Both the position numbers and the translations under genes were made by a program. The notes beneath the pieces are model-generated. The model made no database searches and was not told where the DNA came from. It was given only the letters and a program-made list of their open reading frames with translations. Positions 8,965 to 17,753 of a DNA stretch of 64,000 nt are shown piece after piece (within the stretch, counting starts at the first letter, position 1; each line of letters opens with the position of its first letter). This stretch comes from a virus (Duplodnaviria; Heunggongvirae; Uroviricota; Caudoviricetes), in the IMG/VR virus record IMGVR_UViG_3300031993_004551, positions 1 through 64,000 of that record. One strand, given 5' to 3'.

Positions 8965-9561
8965 TTATTTAGATGTTTCAAATGCGACGGCCGGCTTTCC
9001 TGCCTTCACAAGCTCGATTCGGCGCTTGATATCGGCAATCAGGTCGTCCATCGTCTGGAAGTCGAGCGCCATTCGGGAGACAGACATGCCCGTAAGGATA
9101 TACGGGAAGATATTGCGGTGTTCCGGGTACTTCTTGGCGATATTCACCGCGAGTTCGGACCCATTCACCTTGATGACGAAGTTCCAGTCGTCGCGGGTCT
9201 TTACCTTGTGAAGCTTGTGGGTTTCCTTGTCGATGTTGGCATCGGCCTTCTTGAACATTTCACGGAGTGCGGCGATTTCTTCATCGGAGAAGGATACATC
9301 GCGGGTTATGCTCTTCAGGTGTTCGCCGTCGACAAGATACTTGTCAAGCTCGTTATCCTTGACCTTTCCGAGTTCTTCCATGGCATTCTTGAGAAGCGCC
9401 GGGTCATACTTCTCCGGATTTTCCTTAACAAGTTTTTCCATAAGTTCGCTAGCTTCCTTACGGAGCTTTGAAATACGAACACGGTCCGGCGTAGCAAGAC
9501 GGGGAACGCTGTTGTCTTCGGAATCCAAGTCATTAATATTGGTGTTCACGGTTTCAGACAT
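8965..9561 (-). CDS. hypothetical protein (199 aa)
   Basis: Start set to ATG 9561 (MSETVNT) so that the promoter motif at 9586-9600 lies upstream. Confidence 0.5.
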   Translation of the reverse strand: MSETVNTNINDLDSEDNSVPRLATPDRVRISKLRKEASELMEKLVKENPEKYDPALLKNAMEELGKVKDNELDKYLVDGEHLKSITRDVSFSDEEIAALREMFKKADANIDKETHKLHKVKTRDDWNFVIKVNGSELAVNIAKKYPEHRNIFPYILTGMSVSRMALDFQTMDDLIADIKRRIELVKAGKPAVAFETSK

Positions 9562-9585
9562 AAAATCCTCACTAATTATCTGTTT

Positions 9586-9600
9586 CAAATATAGCAAAAA
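9586..9600 (-). promoter_or_regulatory. promoter motif (minus-oriented) 25 nt upstream of the ATG at 9561
   Basis: CAAATATAGCAAAAA on the plus strand. Confidence 0.5.
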
Positions 9601-9619
9601 GTTTCACTCGTGGATTGAC

Positions 9620-9632
9620 TTGCTATATTTGT
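9620..9632 (+). promoter_or_regulatory. promoter motif (plus-oriented TTGCTATATTTG) 4 nt upstream of the ATG at 9636
   Basis: Divergent partner of the 9586 motif. The very short spacer suggests a leaderless transcript. Confidence 0.4.
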
Positions 9633-9635
9633 GAT

Positions 9636-9911
9636 ATGAATATTAAATTATTTGCCAAATACATCATCATATTAGTTGCTGCAATCATCACCTTTCCGTT
9701 CATCCTGGCGACCTTCATCGTGAGCATGCTCGCACTCGGCATCTACTACCTAGCCTATGTAGTCCTGCTCCCAGCAATCGCTATATACAAGTTCGCCGGC
9801 ACCATTACCTTTATAGCAGATGAAACCAAAGCAAACCAGAAGAAATTAAAAAGCCCTCTATTACGGTTAGAGGACTGGCTTCTTGACCTTGCCGACTGGA
9901 AGGGCGTCTAG
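9636..9911 (+). CDS. small membrane protein (2 TM)
   Basis: IIILVAAIITFPFILATFIVSMLALGIYYLAYVVLLPAIAI. Confidence 0.45.
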   Translation: MNIKLFAKYIIILVAAIITFPFILATFIVSMLALGIYYLAYVVLLPAIAIYKFAGTITFIADETKANQKKLKSPLLRLEDWLLDLADWKGV

Positions 9912-10312
9912 AACAATTTCTTAACCCAACCGGCTACCCGCTCAAACAACCGCTTAGGTATAGACTTGGGCGGCTTTGGAGGATATATTGCTGCTACCGG
10001 GGGTACGTTATGAACGACAAAACGGCCATCTTCATATGGGCCAACCGTGCATTGTTTCTTCAATGCCTCAAGCAGTACCTTTTCCTGATGTGCCGGCTTT
10101 CCGGTGATTCGCTTCCAACGGACGAACAGCTTACCGTGGTCCCACCTCAGACCATTGATAAAATGGAAATAACCAAGCCACTGCTTACCATCTTCCCGCC
10201 AGTAATCCTTCGGTAAGTCCTGTGCGACATCCAGCTCATCGGGTTTGAACTCGAAGAACCGTGCAAACGGATAATATGCACTGACGCAAATCTTGAAATG
10301 TTCGCGTTCCAT
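9908..10312 (-). CDS. hypothetical protein (134 aa)
   Basis: ORF with 4-nt stop/start overlaps to its neighbours. Confidence 0.5.
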   Translation of the reverse strand: MEREHFKICVSAYYPFARFFEFKPDELDVAQDLPKDYWREDGKQWLGYFHFINGLRWDHGKLFVRWKRITGKPAHQEKVLLEALKKQCTVGPYEDGRFVVHNVPPVAAIYPPKPPKSIPKRLFERVAGWVKKLF

Positions 10313-10596
10313 CAGTTAATCCTTATTTTTTCTTCAGGAACCAGCCCAAGCGTAATACGGTAATTCCCGGTTGATTCAGCAACGCTTTTCAGCGTCTTAA
10401 GCCCATTGGAGACACATCCTACACTCGATGTGGGGTTACTATGGTCCTGAAGCCACTTCTCTAGCTTGGAGTTAAACTCGGTGGCAGCACGGGATTCCCC
10501 GATGGTAGCCTCGTACTTAGGCTTCCTAAGGGTTTCCATCGTCGGCTCGATGAGCCTACTGCAGGTTGCATCGACTAAAAGTTCTTTAGTGTACAT
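10312..10596 (-). CDS. hypothetical protein (94 aa)
   Basis: ORF packed against neighbours. Confidence 0.45.
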   Translation of the reverse strand: MYTKELLVDATCSRLIEPTMETLRKPKYEATIGESRAATEFNSKLEKWLQDHSNPTSSVGCVSNGLKTLKSVAESTGNYRITLGLVPEEKIRIN

Positions 10597-10715
10597 GGGT
10601 CATTTCCTCCTTTTATCCTTTTCATTACTGCTGGAAGGCCAAAACCAAAACCATATATCAACAATCAAATCAAGCAGCTCAAAAAGGTATTCCATATAGT
10701 GCCTCGATACACAAT

Positions 10716-11564
10716 CTATTTCTTTTTCGGCGTGAAAACCGGCAAATCCGCCTTTACGATTTTATGTTTCAACTCAAGGAGAATCCGCTGAGCTTCAAGT
10801 TTCATCCCCTGGCAGACCTCGATATAGGGGGAATCCCCGGCATTCTTTCCGGTGAACCCGAGGTTCTTGCCTTCCATGCTAGAATGGGTCATATCGACGG
10901 AATACTTCAAGGAAAGCTTGTTGTCCGCGGTAACGACCGGATTGAAATCAATCCAGAAAAAGAATTCATCATCGCCGACATCATGTATGTTGATGCCGAG
11001 GCTTTCATCGGTCTGCGCCTCGATAATACTGAACCTGACCTCGTTTGATTCGGAATCTTTCACGAATACCGGACGAAGGAACTTGTCAGCCAGATAATAC
11101 AGGAACACGAGCTGATACATCTTTTTACCCGGGGAACCGACCGTGTACTCAATCGGAACAGCGTGGGACTTAATTTTCTTGCCCATCTCGAATGGTTCGT
11201 CGTTAAGAATACTGTCCATAGAAATTTGGCGCAGTTCGGTCATAAATGGAGTAATCCAGTCATCCCCGTTTTCCCTTATCAGATTCCATAGCTCAAGCCG
11301 CCGGGTAACATTCCACATAAGCCGTTCGGTACATAGCAAGAGGAATGGATAGCGGGACAATTCAAGCTTCCTAATACCGGAATAGAAGAAGTCCGTAATA
11401 ATTTCCCGCATTTCGAGACCGGTCTTCCGGTAGTCCGGGTTATCCGGCAATTTCCTTTCATCCGGACGGTACAACAGGTTCATTTCGTATTCGGAAGCTT
11501 CCCAATGCGTCTCAAAGTCGCCGGAATCCCATGAACCCTTCTGTTGGGTATTAATATAAGGCAT
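10716..11564 (-). CDS. hypothetical protein (282 aa)
   Basis: Long ORF. No recognisable domain. Confidence 0.55.
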   Translation of the reverse strand: MPYINTQQKGSWDSGDFETHWEASEYEMNLLYRPDERKLPDNPDYRKTGLEMREIITDFFYSGIRKLELSRYPFLLLCTERLMWNVTRRLELWNLIRENGDDWITPFMTELRQISMDSILNDEPFEMGKKIKSHAVPIEYTVGSPGKKMYQLVFLYYLADKFLRPVFVKDSESNEVRFSIIEAQTDESLGINIHDVGDDEFFFWIDFNPVVTADNKLSLKYSVDMTHSSMEGKNLGFTGKNAGDSPYIEVCQGMKLEAQRILLELKHKIVKADLPVFTPKKK

Positions 11565-11581
11565 ACGTTTCCTCTCAAAAA

Positions 11582-12106
11582 CTAGTTATTATAGTAAAAG
11601 CCGTAGTAAGTGTCCACTTCCTGCATTACAGGGCGGATTACGCTATCCAAGGAATTTGCCGAGTGCTTCAAAAGTTCGTGAAACTCTTCCGGAAAATCTT
11701 CGTATATGTGATACGCTTTCTCGGCACGGTTAAGAAAGTATGAAACGGACTTCCTTCCGATGAAGCCATACAGTACCTGGAATTTATTTTTCCGCAAGCA
11801 TGCCAACGCTTGCATAATCATCGACTTTTCATCACGGCACAATATTACACGAGTAGTGTCTGGAGTAACCGGCATCTTGTTTCGAAGGAAAGTCGAGAAG
11901 TAGCACTTGTGGATATGCTCGGCATAGGTAATTATGTATGCCAGGCCCGGAGTAAACCCTATTTGAATTGCATCAATCGGGATATCCGGCAGCATCGAAA
12001 AAACATTATCCAATTTAACCTTACCGTTCAGGGTAATCGCAAAATGGCAACCCTTTACAGTTTGAACATCATCACATTTAATAATACCGTTGATAAAATT
12101 CGCCAT
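11582..12106 (-). CDS. hypothetical protein (174 aa)
   Basis: ORF with the promoter motif 29 nt upstream. Confidence 0.5.
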   Translation of the reverse strand: MANFINGIIKCDDVQTVKGCHFAITLNGKVKLDNVFSMLPDIPIDAIQIGFTPGLAYIITYAEHIHKCYFSTFLRNKMPVTPDTTRVILCRDEKSMIMQALACLRKNKFQVLYGFIGRKSVSYFLNRAEKAYHIYEDFPEEFHELLKHSANSLDSVIRPVMQEVDTYYGFYYNN

Positions 12107-12130
12107 GTTTCAAAAAATCCTGTTCAACTA

Positions 12131-12161
12131 CAAATATAGCAATTTCCTTTTGCTATATTTG
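12131..12161. promoter_or_regulatory. divergent promoter pair: CAAATATAGCAA (12131-12142, for the minus gene) and TTGCTATATTTG (12150-12161, for the plus gene)
   Basis: Two inverted copies of the motif separated by 7 nt between divergent genes. Confidence 0.55.
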
Positions 12162-12212
12162 TATTCACAACAGTTTCCTAATTAATATCTACCGACCTAT
12201 GGAGGGCCCATC

Positions 12213-12635
12213 ATGCCTATGTTATCACCTGAAGAGCAATGGCAGCGAGCGCTAGCCGCGCAAATGCCGCAGGCACCTAAGCCTACGACATCCATACATG
12301 AGGAAGTTGCCGCAGACCGGCGCAAACGCAACCTGCTCGCCAACAAGAAGTACCGCCACACCGAAAAGGGGCGCGAACGGAACAAGGAACACTGCCACAA
12401 GTACTACGAGAAACACAAGGACGAGTTCATCAAGGCTGTCGCGCAGTACAAGGTAAACTTCGCACTGTTCTACGGAATCGAGTTCAGCTCGTGGGACTAC
12501 TGGCGCAGAAAGATTCTTGCCAACAAGTGCCAGACTACCGAAGTTCCCGAAATGTACGGGAAGATACTCGCCGACTGGCTCGCCAAGGGAAAGAAGGGCT
12601 ACGGGTTCACCTCCGCAGACTTCAAGAAGAAATGA
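12213..12635 (+). CDS. hypothetical basic protein (140 aa)
   Basis: Lys/Arg-rich. Terminator follows. Confidence 0.5.
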   Translation: MPMLSPEEQWQRALAAQMPQAPKPTTSIHEEVAADRRKRNLLANKKYRHTEKGRERNKEHCHKYYEKHKDEFIKAVAQYKVNFALFYGIEFSSWDYWRRKILANKCQTTEVPEMYGKILADWLAKGKKGYGFTSADFKKK

Positions 12636-12654
12636 GTTTTGTTTACCTCAGGGG

Positions 12655-12681
12655 GCCGTCGGGAAACCGGCGGCTTTCTTT
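12655..12681 (+). terminator. intrinsic terminator
   Basis: GCCGTCGG-GAAA-CCGGCGGC stem with one G-U pair, followed by TTTCTTT. Confidence 0.5.
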
Positions 12682-12740
12682 ATGTACGAATAATGCCGCC
12701 CGGGAAACCCGGACGGCACCATTATGGCAACTAGTATCTT

Positions 12741-13025
12741 TTATGCGATTCGCACGAAACGCTTTTCCTCTGTAGCATCCGGGTACTTCAGCCTGTCCAC
12801 CTCCGAAAGGAACATATCGAGCGGACGGGCATAAATTCCGTTCCCATGGTTGCTTTCCTTGGTGTTGCCGGTGCAACGATAGATTACCAGGGGCTCCCCG
12901 GTTTCACTATGCGATGCCACCGTGATTACGACCGCCGTACTGCCCTTGAAATGGCGCCATACGCTGAACGGTTCGATAGCAACGGACGATTCGTCCGACT
13001 TAAGTTCTTCTGGTGTAGTGCTCAT
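12741..13025 (-). CDS. small protein, DUF1653-like
   Basis: Start at the internal ATG (MSTTPEEL). FSVWRHFKGSTAVVITVASHSETGEPLVIYRC resembles the DUF1653 core. Weak. Confidence 0.4.
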   Translation of the reverse strand: MSTTPEELKSDESSVAIEPFSVWRHFKGSTAVVITVASHSETGEPLVIYRCTGNTKESNHGNGIYARPLDMFLSEVDRLKYPDATEEKRFVRIA

Positions 13026-13026
13026 T

Positions 13027-13380
13027 CTATTTTCCTTTCTTGATGTAGTTGTAATAGCGCGGCGCCCGGTTGGTGGAATCCTTCTTGTACGATACATATT
13101 CCGAAAGGCAATCCGTGCTTAACGTGTCCAGCATTGTGTGTGTCCCTATACAGCTCGGCGGCACCACATTTTCGTTGAAATAGTCCATCGAGCCCCTGTA
13201 CATCGTTTCCATATCGGGTAACGCCAGCCATGAATATAGCAAGGCTACACCGGATATAGGAAGTAACACAAGAGCCATCTTCTTGTGGAAGGATAAAGCG
13301 CATGCACATCCGAATCCAGAGCAAATTATAGCCAATACCTTGCAAAATACATAGCAGTCGAAATCAGTTGCGAATATCAT
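13027..13380 (-). CDS. Cys-rich small membrane protein
   Basis: Start set to ATG 13380, directly (4 nt) downstream of the promoter motif at 13385-13400. Confidence 0.45.
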   Translation of the reverse strand: MIFATDFDCYVFCKVLAIICSGFGCACALSFHKKMALVLLPISGVALLYSWLALPDMETMYRGSMDYFNENVVPPSCIGTHTMLDTLSTDCLSEYVSYKKDSTNRAPRYYNYIKKGK

Positions 13381-13384
13381 AATA

Positions 13385-13400
13385 CAAATATAGCAAAAAA
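13385..13400 (-). promoter_or_regulatory. promoter motif (minus-oriented) with ATG 4 nt downstream
   Basis: CAAATATAGCAAAAAA. Confidence 0.45.
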
Positions 13401-13445
13401 GGCGCCTCCCCGAAGGAAGACGCCCATAAGAGCAAAACTCTTTTA

Positions 13446-15092
13446 CTAGCGGCGGCGCATCTTGGCGGCCTTGTTCTTTGCCGCGTAAGCCTTCCACGGG
13501 GCATCAAATGTCTGCCCGTCGACGGTATCGACATGCGGCTCGGCGGCCATAAGATGGTCGTCAATCTGGCCAGTACTGTACGAAAGTTCATTAGGCGGAG
13601 TCCACAGGGTCATCCCGCGGAAGAACTTGTCCATGAACAGCTGAGCCTTCTTCGGCCACACCATCTGGCTGACATCGTGGTTCTTCACCTCGTACTCGCA
13701 CTGGCAGGCAACCTTGTACGCCTGCTTGATGTCGTTCATCAGGTTCTTGCGCCCGTGGCCGTTGTCGGACTGGTTCGTGCCGGAGAACGGAATTCCGCTA
13801 TTGAAAGACCGGCTCTCTTCCGTGCCGAGATGTTCCTGAGCATACCTGAGAATGCTGTCGTCAGTCTTAATCTTCAGCTTAGTGGTATGCATACCTGTCT
13901 TGGGCATTTCCACCCAGTCACCGGTGGCAACTAGGAACTTGTACAGCGGACGGAGGTCACTGCAGACCACGCCGCCTTCCAAAATCGCCATATACCCCTC
14001 GACCAGAACCTTGCGCAAGTTCGCATCGGTAATGTGGCTCATGCACTCAGTAATCGCGTTCATCTTTTTCTCTCCTGTAGTTTCGGATTCGCGCAGCGGG
14101 AGTCCGTCCCACATACGCATCTGGGATGCATAGCTGTCCCCGTTCTCGGAAATCCAGTTAAGGCAATCCCTGTAAGTTTTCTTGGCAAGCAGCGGTCTCG
14201 ACGGGTTCTTCCCGTAGACCGACCAGTTCGCCGTGTCAAAATTTGCCGTATCCATCACCCCGTCGTACTTGACGAGAAAGCAGCTCTTTGGCTCGTTAAT
14301 GTCGAATATGACCTGCCGTTCCCGGTCGCCATCATGGTCCACCACGACACCGCTACCCCGGAACACTATACTTGCACCCGGTTCGGCATAAGTATACTTC
14401 AGCCCGTGGTTACGGTGGCGCTCGCCCGGTGCAGGTGCATCGGCAAGCCTGTATGCGAACCCATACTTTCCCTGGCGGTCATTCGCCTTGTAGCCATATG
14501 CAAGGTACCCGAGGTAGTTCCCGCGGCGGAACCCGGAATTGTAAATCTGGCCGGCGTGGTCCGAATTATGGACTAGCCACCCGTTGATTACCCGCCGGTC
14601 CGCAGTGTCTTCAGGCTGGCTCAAGTTCCGCTCGTCAGAAAGGTCCCAGTCGCTTATGATTGGGTCCAGCACTATAGACGAAAGGATGTTCGGAATAGTC
14701 TCCATTACGGTTATTACGGTGTCCACGCTCAGCGGCATTTCGTCGCGAGCGGCGCGTAGCATATCCTTTTCCTTATTGGAAAGCCTAAGCGCCTCGTATT
14801 CGCAGGCCTCGGAATTACGCATATCCCTGATGTCCATCCCGAGCGCATAGTCGATAGCCCTACGGAAAGCCCTCAGGGCATCGCGGTTTCCGCTGACGAG
14901 GTAATGCACGACCTTTTCCGGGTCGCCCTTGGTAGAATAGTCGTTCGTGAAGGCGGTGGCGAACTTACTGCGGTCCAGATGTTCCGGCGAGTCCACCTCG
15001 CGGATGTACCTTGACAGGGCATTGAAGCCCGGCGTGATGCCCTCGAGTATAGTATCCTGTATTTTTTCAGCACATCCGTCCATAATACACAC
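13446..15092 (-). CDS. hypothetical protein (548 aa)
   Basis: Long ORF. No recognisable motif, and no canonical promoter motif upstream. Confidence 0.55.
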   Translation of the reverse strand: MCIMDGCAEKIQDTILEGITPGFNALSRYIREVDSPEHLDRSKFATAFTNDYSTKGDPEKVVHYLVSGNRDALRAFRRAIDYALGMDIRDMRNSEACEYEALRLSNKEKDMLRAARDEMPLSVDTVITVMETIPNILSSIVLDPIISDWDLSDERNLSQPEDTADRRVINGWLVHNSDHAGQIYNSGFRRGNYLGYLAYGYKANDRQGKYGFAYRLADAPAPGERHRNHGLKYTYAEPGASIVFRGSGVVVDHDGDRERQVIFDINEPKSCFLVKYDGVMDTANFDTANWSVYGKNPSRPLLAKKTYRDCLNWISENGDSYASQMRMWDGLPLRESETTGEKKMNAITECMSHITDANLRKVLVEGYMAILEGGVVCSDLRPLYKFLVATGDWVEMPKTGMHTTKLKIKTDDSILRYAQEHLGTEESRSFNSGIPFSGTNQSDNGHGRKNLMNDIKQAYKVACQCEYEVKNHDVSQMVWPKKAQLFMDKFFRGMTLWTPPNELSYSTGQIDDHLMAAEPHVDTVDGQTFDAPWKAYAAKNKAAKMRRR

Positions 15093-15117
15093 AGTTTATA
15101 CAGTAGAGGCACCAGTA

Positions 15118-15132
15118 TTTTGCTATATTTGG
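15118..15132 (+). promoter_or_regulatory. promoter motif (plus-oriented TTTTGCTATATTTGG) 28 nt upstream of the ATG at 15161
   Basis: Motif match. Confidence 0.5.
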
Positions 15133-15160
15133 AATAACCCTCTTTACAAAGAGTGAACCT

Positions 15161-16048
15161 ATGGAATACAAAATGGACAAGATTAACGCCTTGGAACTCC
15201 CGTACACCAAGGGCATATCCCTCGTGGATGACCACCTAGAGTACGGGGCCAGGGTAATAATACCCGAGAACAAGTGGACCATAATCCGGGTAGACGGCCA
15301 CAACTTCAAGCGCTTTGCGAAGCCCTTCAAGAAAATCAACCCGTTCCACCCGCTGGTTAACCTCGCGATGAAGACCGCGATGGAAGCGCTCATCAAGGAG
15401 TTCTCCCCGAAGGTCGCATATACGCAGAGCGACGAGATAACCCTCGTCATCGACCCTGGCCACCGGAAATACTCCGGAAGGACATGCAAGCTAGCCTCGC
15501 TGTCCGCGTCGATTGCCACGATGGCGTTCGACGACGCGATGAACCGCAACAACAAACTTGTTCCCGAGGAACTGCGGAAGGCATCGCCGGACGGCATCTA
15601 CCGGTGCGACGCCATCTTCGACGGAAGGGCGTACGCCGCCAACGAGAATGAGATAGCGGGTACCCTCCGGTGGCGCCAGAGGGACTGCATTCGAAACTCG
15701 ATTTCGAACCAGGCAAACCGCTACTTCTCCAACAAGCAGCTGCTCGGAAAGAACAATACCCAGCGGCTGGAGATGCTGAGGGAAATCGGGCATCCTTGGG
15801 AAGACCTGCCCTTCTGCGACAAGTACGGCATAATAGCCGTTCCGGTCCTGGAGGTGGTCGAGGTCGACATCGAGAAGCGCCGGGCGGAAGGCGCAAGCGA
15901 ACGCGAACTTGCCAACATCGCAGCGCACGATGGCCACACCCTGCGCTCCGTAGTAACCTACCCGTTGTACCCGCCGATGAAAGACATCAGCAACCTAATG
16001 GAAGTCCTGATTGAACACAAGGACCCTATCCTGAGAGGACAAAAATGA
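15161..16048 (+). CDS. Thg1-like protein (tRNA-His guanylyltransferase family, 3'-5' nucleotidyltransferase)
   Basis: [20 protein letters not shown] resembles Thg1 [33 protein letters not shown] resembles AYGQSDEYSFVF (catalytic acidic residues). [11 protein letters not shown] resembles SWRQADCHINN. Confidence 0.85.
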   Translation: [295 protein letters not shown]

Positions 16049-16506
16049 AAAAACTGTTTAAATTCATCTACACCTGCTATGAAATCTGGTGGCTTGCCAT
16101 AATCGCAAACACGGTCATCGGCATACTTGAAAAATGGATGCTGAAGAACCGCAAGAAACCAGCAAAGCCGGCCAACCCGCAGAAAGCCCTGTTCGAATCC
16201 AAAGAGGAACTTCTTCGTAAGGAAAGGGAAAAGCATGCTCAGACGAAGGCATTTTACGACAACTATCCCAAGATAGAACCGTTCGGCATCTCCGCGCAGG
16301 TAGCTACGCCGATTTCCACTGGCGAACGAGGAAAACAACTGATGCTCGAATCGTTCTCCCCGGAAGAACGCGAGCAGTTCATGGCTGCCGAGCCGACATC
16401 GAGCGCAAAGGAACTCACCAAGGAATGCATGAAGCAGTTCGACAAGCTGATGCGCGTGTTCGAGAAGAAAGAAGAAGACAAGATTCGCAGCGAGGAGGAT
16501 TTCTAA
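16045..16506 (+). CDS. hypothetical membrane-anchored protein (153 aa)
   Basis: N-terminal TM (IWWLAIIANTVIGIL). Overlaps neighbours by 4 and 1 nt. Confidence 0.5.
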   Translation: MKKLFKFIYTCYEIWWLAIIANTVIGILEKWMLKNRKKPAKPANPQKALFESKEELLRKEREKHAQTKAFYDNYPKIEPFGISAQVATPISTGERGKQLMLESFSPEEREQFMAAEPTSSAKELTKECMKQFDKLMRVFEKKEEDKIRSEEDF

Positions 16507-17258
16507 TGCCAAAGGCAATATCTTGCGGGTTCATCATCTTCGACCAGCACACCGGGGAAATACTCGGGTGCCACCCGACGGGACGCCCGGGAGGACCCGA
16601 GATGTCATTCGACATCCCCAAGGGCCACCTGGAGGAAGGAGAGGAACCGCTGGTCACCGCTCTCCGTGAACTTTACGAGGAAACCGGGCTTATCCTGCCG
16701 CAGGACTACCCGGTACACCAAATCGGCCTCCGCCCGTACCAAAAGCAGAAGTCCCTGTTTCTGTTCTCGACCGAAGTCGACAATCTTAAAGCAATGCTGC
16801 CGAACCTGAAATGCAACTCAATGTTCACCGACAGCTTCGGTAACCAGAAGCCAGAAGTCGACCGCTATACCGCAGTTGCCGACCCGAACTGGTTTTTCCA
16901 CAACATGCAGCCGCACATCAAGGCGGAAATCGAACGGGCAAAGTGCGAACCCGTGTGTCGCGTAGAGGCGACCGTAGACGATACCACTACCTATGTGAAG
17001 CTTCAGCTGACTGAAGAACTCAGGAACAAATCCCGCGATTCAATCGTGTACCTCAAGGACTCCAATGTGTATCCGAACGGGATTTCCTTCGATGTGAAGC
17101 TATCCACCGGCGATTATGCCAACATCGACATGGACGACCTGCAGAAAGCACTTGTCAACCCGGTCGTGGTAGATGTTACCGGCCTTACCGGGGCATTGCC
17201 CACATTCGACATCAACGAATGGCTCGACCAGGCACTCGCCCACGAGTCGTTGCACTAA
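16506..17258 (+). CDS. Nudix hydrolase
   Basis: Nudix box GHLEEGEEPLVTALRELYEETGL. Start at ATG 16506 (TAATG overlap with the upstream gene) rather than the track's 16425. Confidence 0.8.
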   Translation: MPKAISCGFIIFDQHTGEILGCHPTGRPGGPEMSFDIPKGHLEEGEEPLVTALRELYEETGLILPQDYPVHQIGLRPYQKQKSLFLFSTEVDNLKAMLPNLKCNSMFTDSFGNQKPEVDRYTAVADPNWFFHNMQPHIKAEIERAKCEPVCRVEATVDDTTTYVKLQLTEELRNKSRDSIVYLKDSNVYPNGISFDVKLSTGDYANIDMDDLQKALVNPVVVDVTGLTGALPTFDINEWLDQALAHESLH

Positions 17259-17290
17259 CGAAATTGATACGCAATCAATGTCTTCATATT

Positions 17291-17324
17291 AAAAAACAAG
17301 GCAGCCGCAAGGCTGCCTTTCTGC
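17291..17324. terminator. bidirectional intrinsic terminator between convergent genes
   Basis: AAAAAAC-AGGCAGCC-GCAA-GGCTGCCT-TTCT: an 8-bp stem flanked by A and T runs. Confidence 0.55.
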
Positions 17325-17345
17325 GTCTTAAAGAAGACCGGCCGA

Positions 17346-17711
17346 TTATTCGTCGCTAGCCTCGCGTACTGTCTTGCGAAGAATCTCCTGAGCTTCCTCT
17401 GAAAGCCCCGGGATTTCATCAATAGGGGTTTCAGGAATCTCATATATGCGGAGTATCTCGATATTCCCGCGGAGCGCAGGAACGGCATCGTAGAAAGCCT
17501 TTGCAAGGTGCCTAGCCTCGCCACGGTGCAGGTCGCTGACGATGGCATACTTGTGGTACAGCCGGATTGCGTACCAGTCGTCTTCATCCATCTTCACCAT
17601 CGGGATGACATCATCCATTTCCTCCACGATTTTAGCCAGTGTACGGCGAGTGAAGTGGAAGAATATAATGAGATAGACTGCGCTAAATACTTGTTTCATT
17701 ATCTTGTCCAT
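17346..17711 (-). CDS. hypothetical protein (121 aa)
   Basis: ORF. N-terminal hydrophobic segment. Confidence 0.45.
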   Translation of the reverse strand: MDKIMKQVFSAVYLIIFFHFTRRTLAKIVEEMDDVIPMVKMDEDDWYAIRLYHKYAIVSDLHRGEARHLAKAFYDAVPALRGNIEILRIYEIPETPIDEIPGLSEEAQEILRKTVREASDE

Positions 17712-17753
17712 AAGGTTTCTCCTTACATATCCCTTGCACCACCATACAGTAAA

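Noticed and set aside
12131-12161. Interpreting the recurrent motif as a T4-type MotA box or a late promoter (TATAAATA).
   Set aside because: The invariant core TATATTTG matches the Bacteroidota -7 element far better than TATAAATA. The MotA-box resemblance (TGCTAT versus TGCTTt) is weak. Retained only as an alternative in the promoter-motif finding.
16425-16505. Upstream start (track ORF 16425) for the Nudix gene, and 29652 for the kinase gene.
   Set aside because: Both would create 80-130-nt overlaps with the preceding gene. Internal ATGs (16506 and 29529) give standard stop/start overlaps, and the proteins begin at the expected domain boundary.
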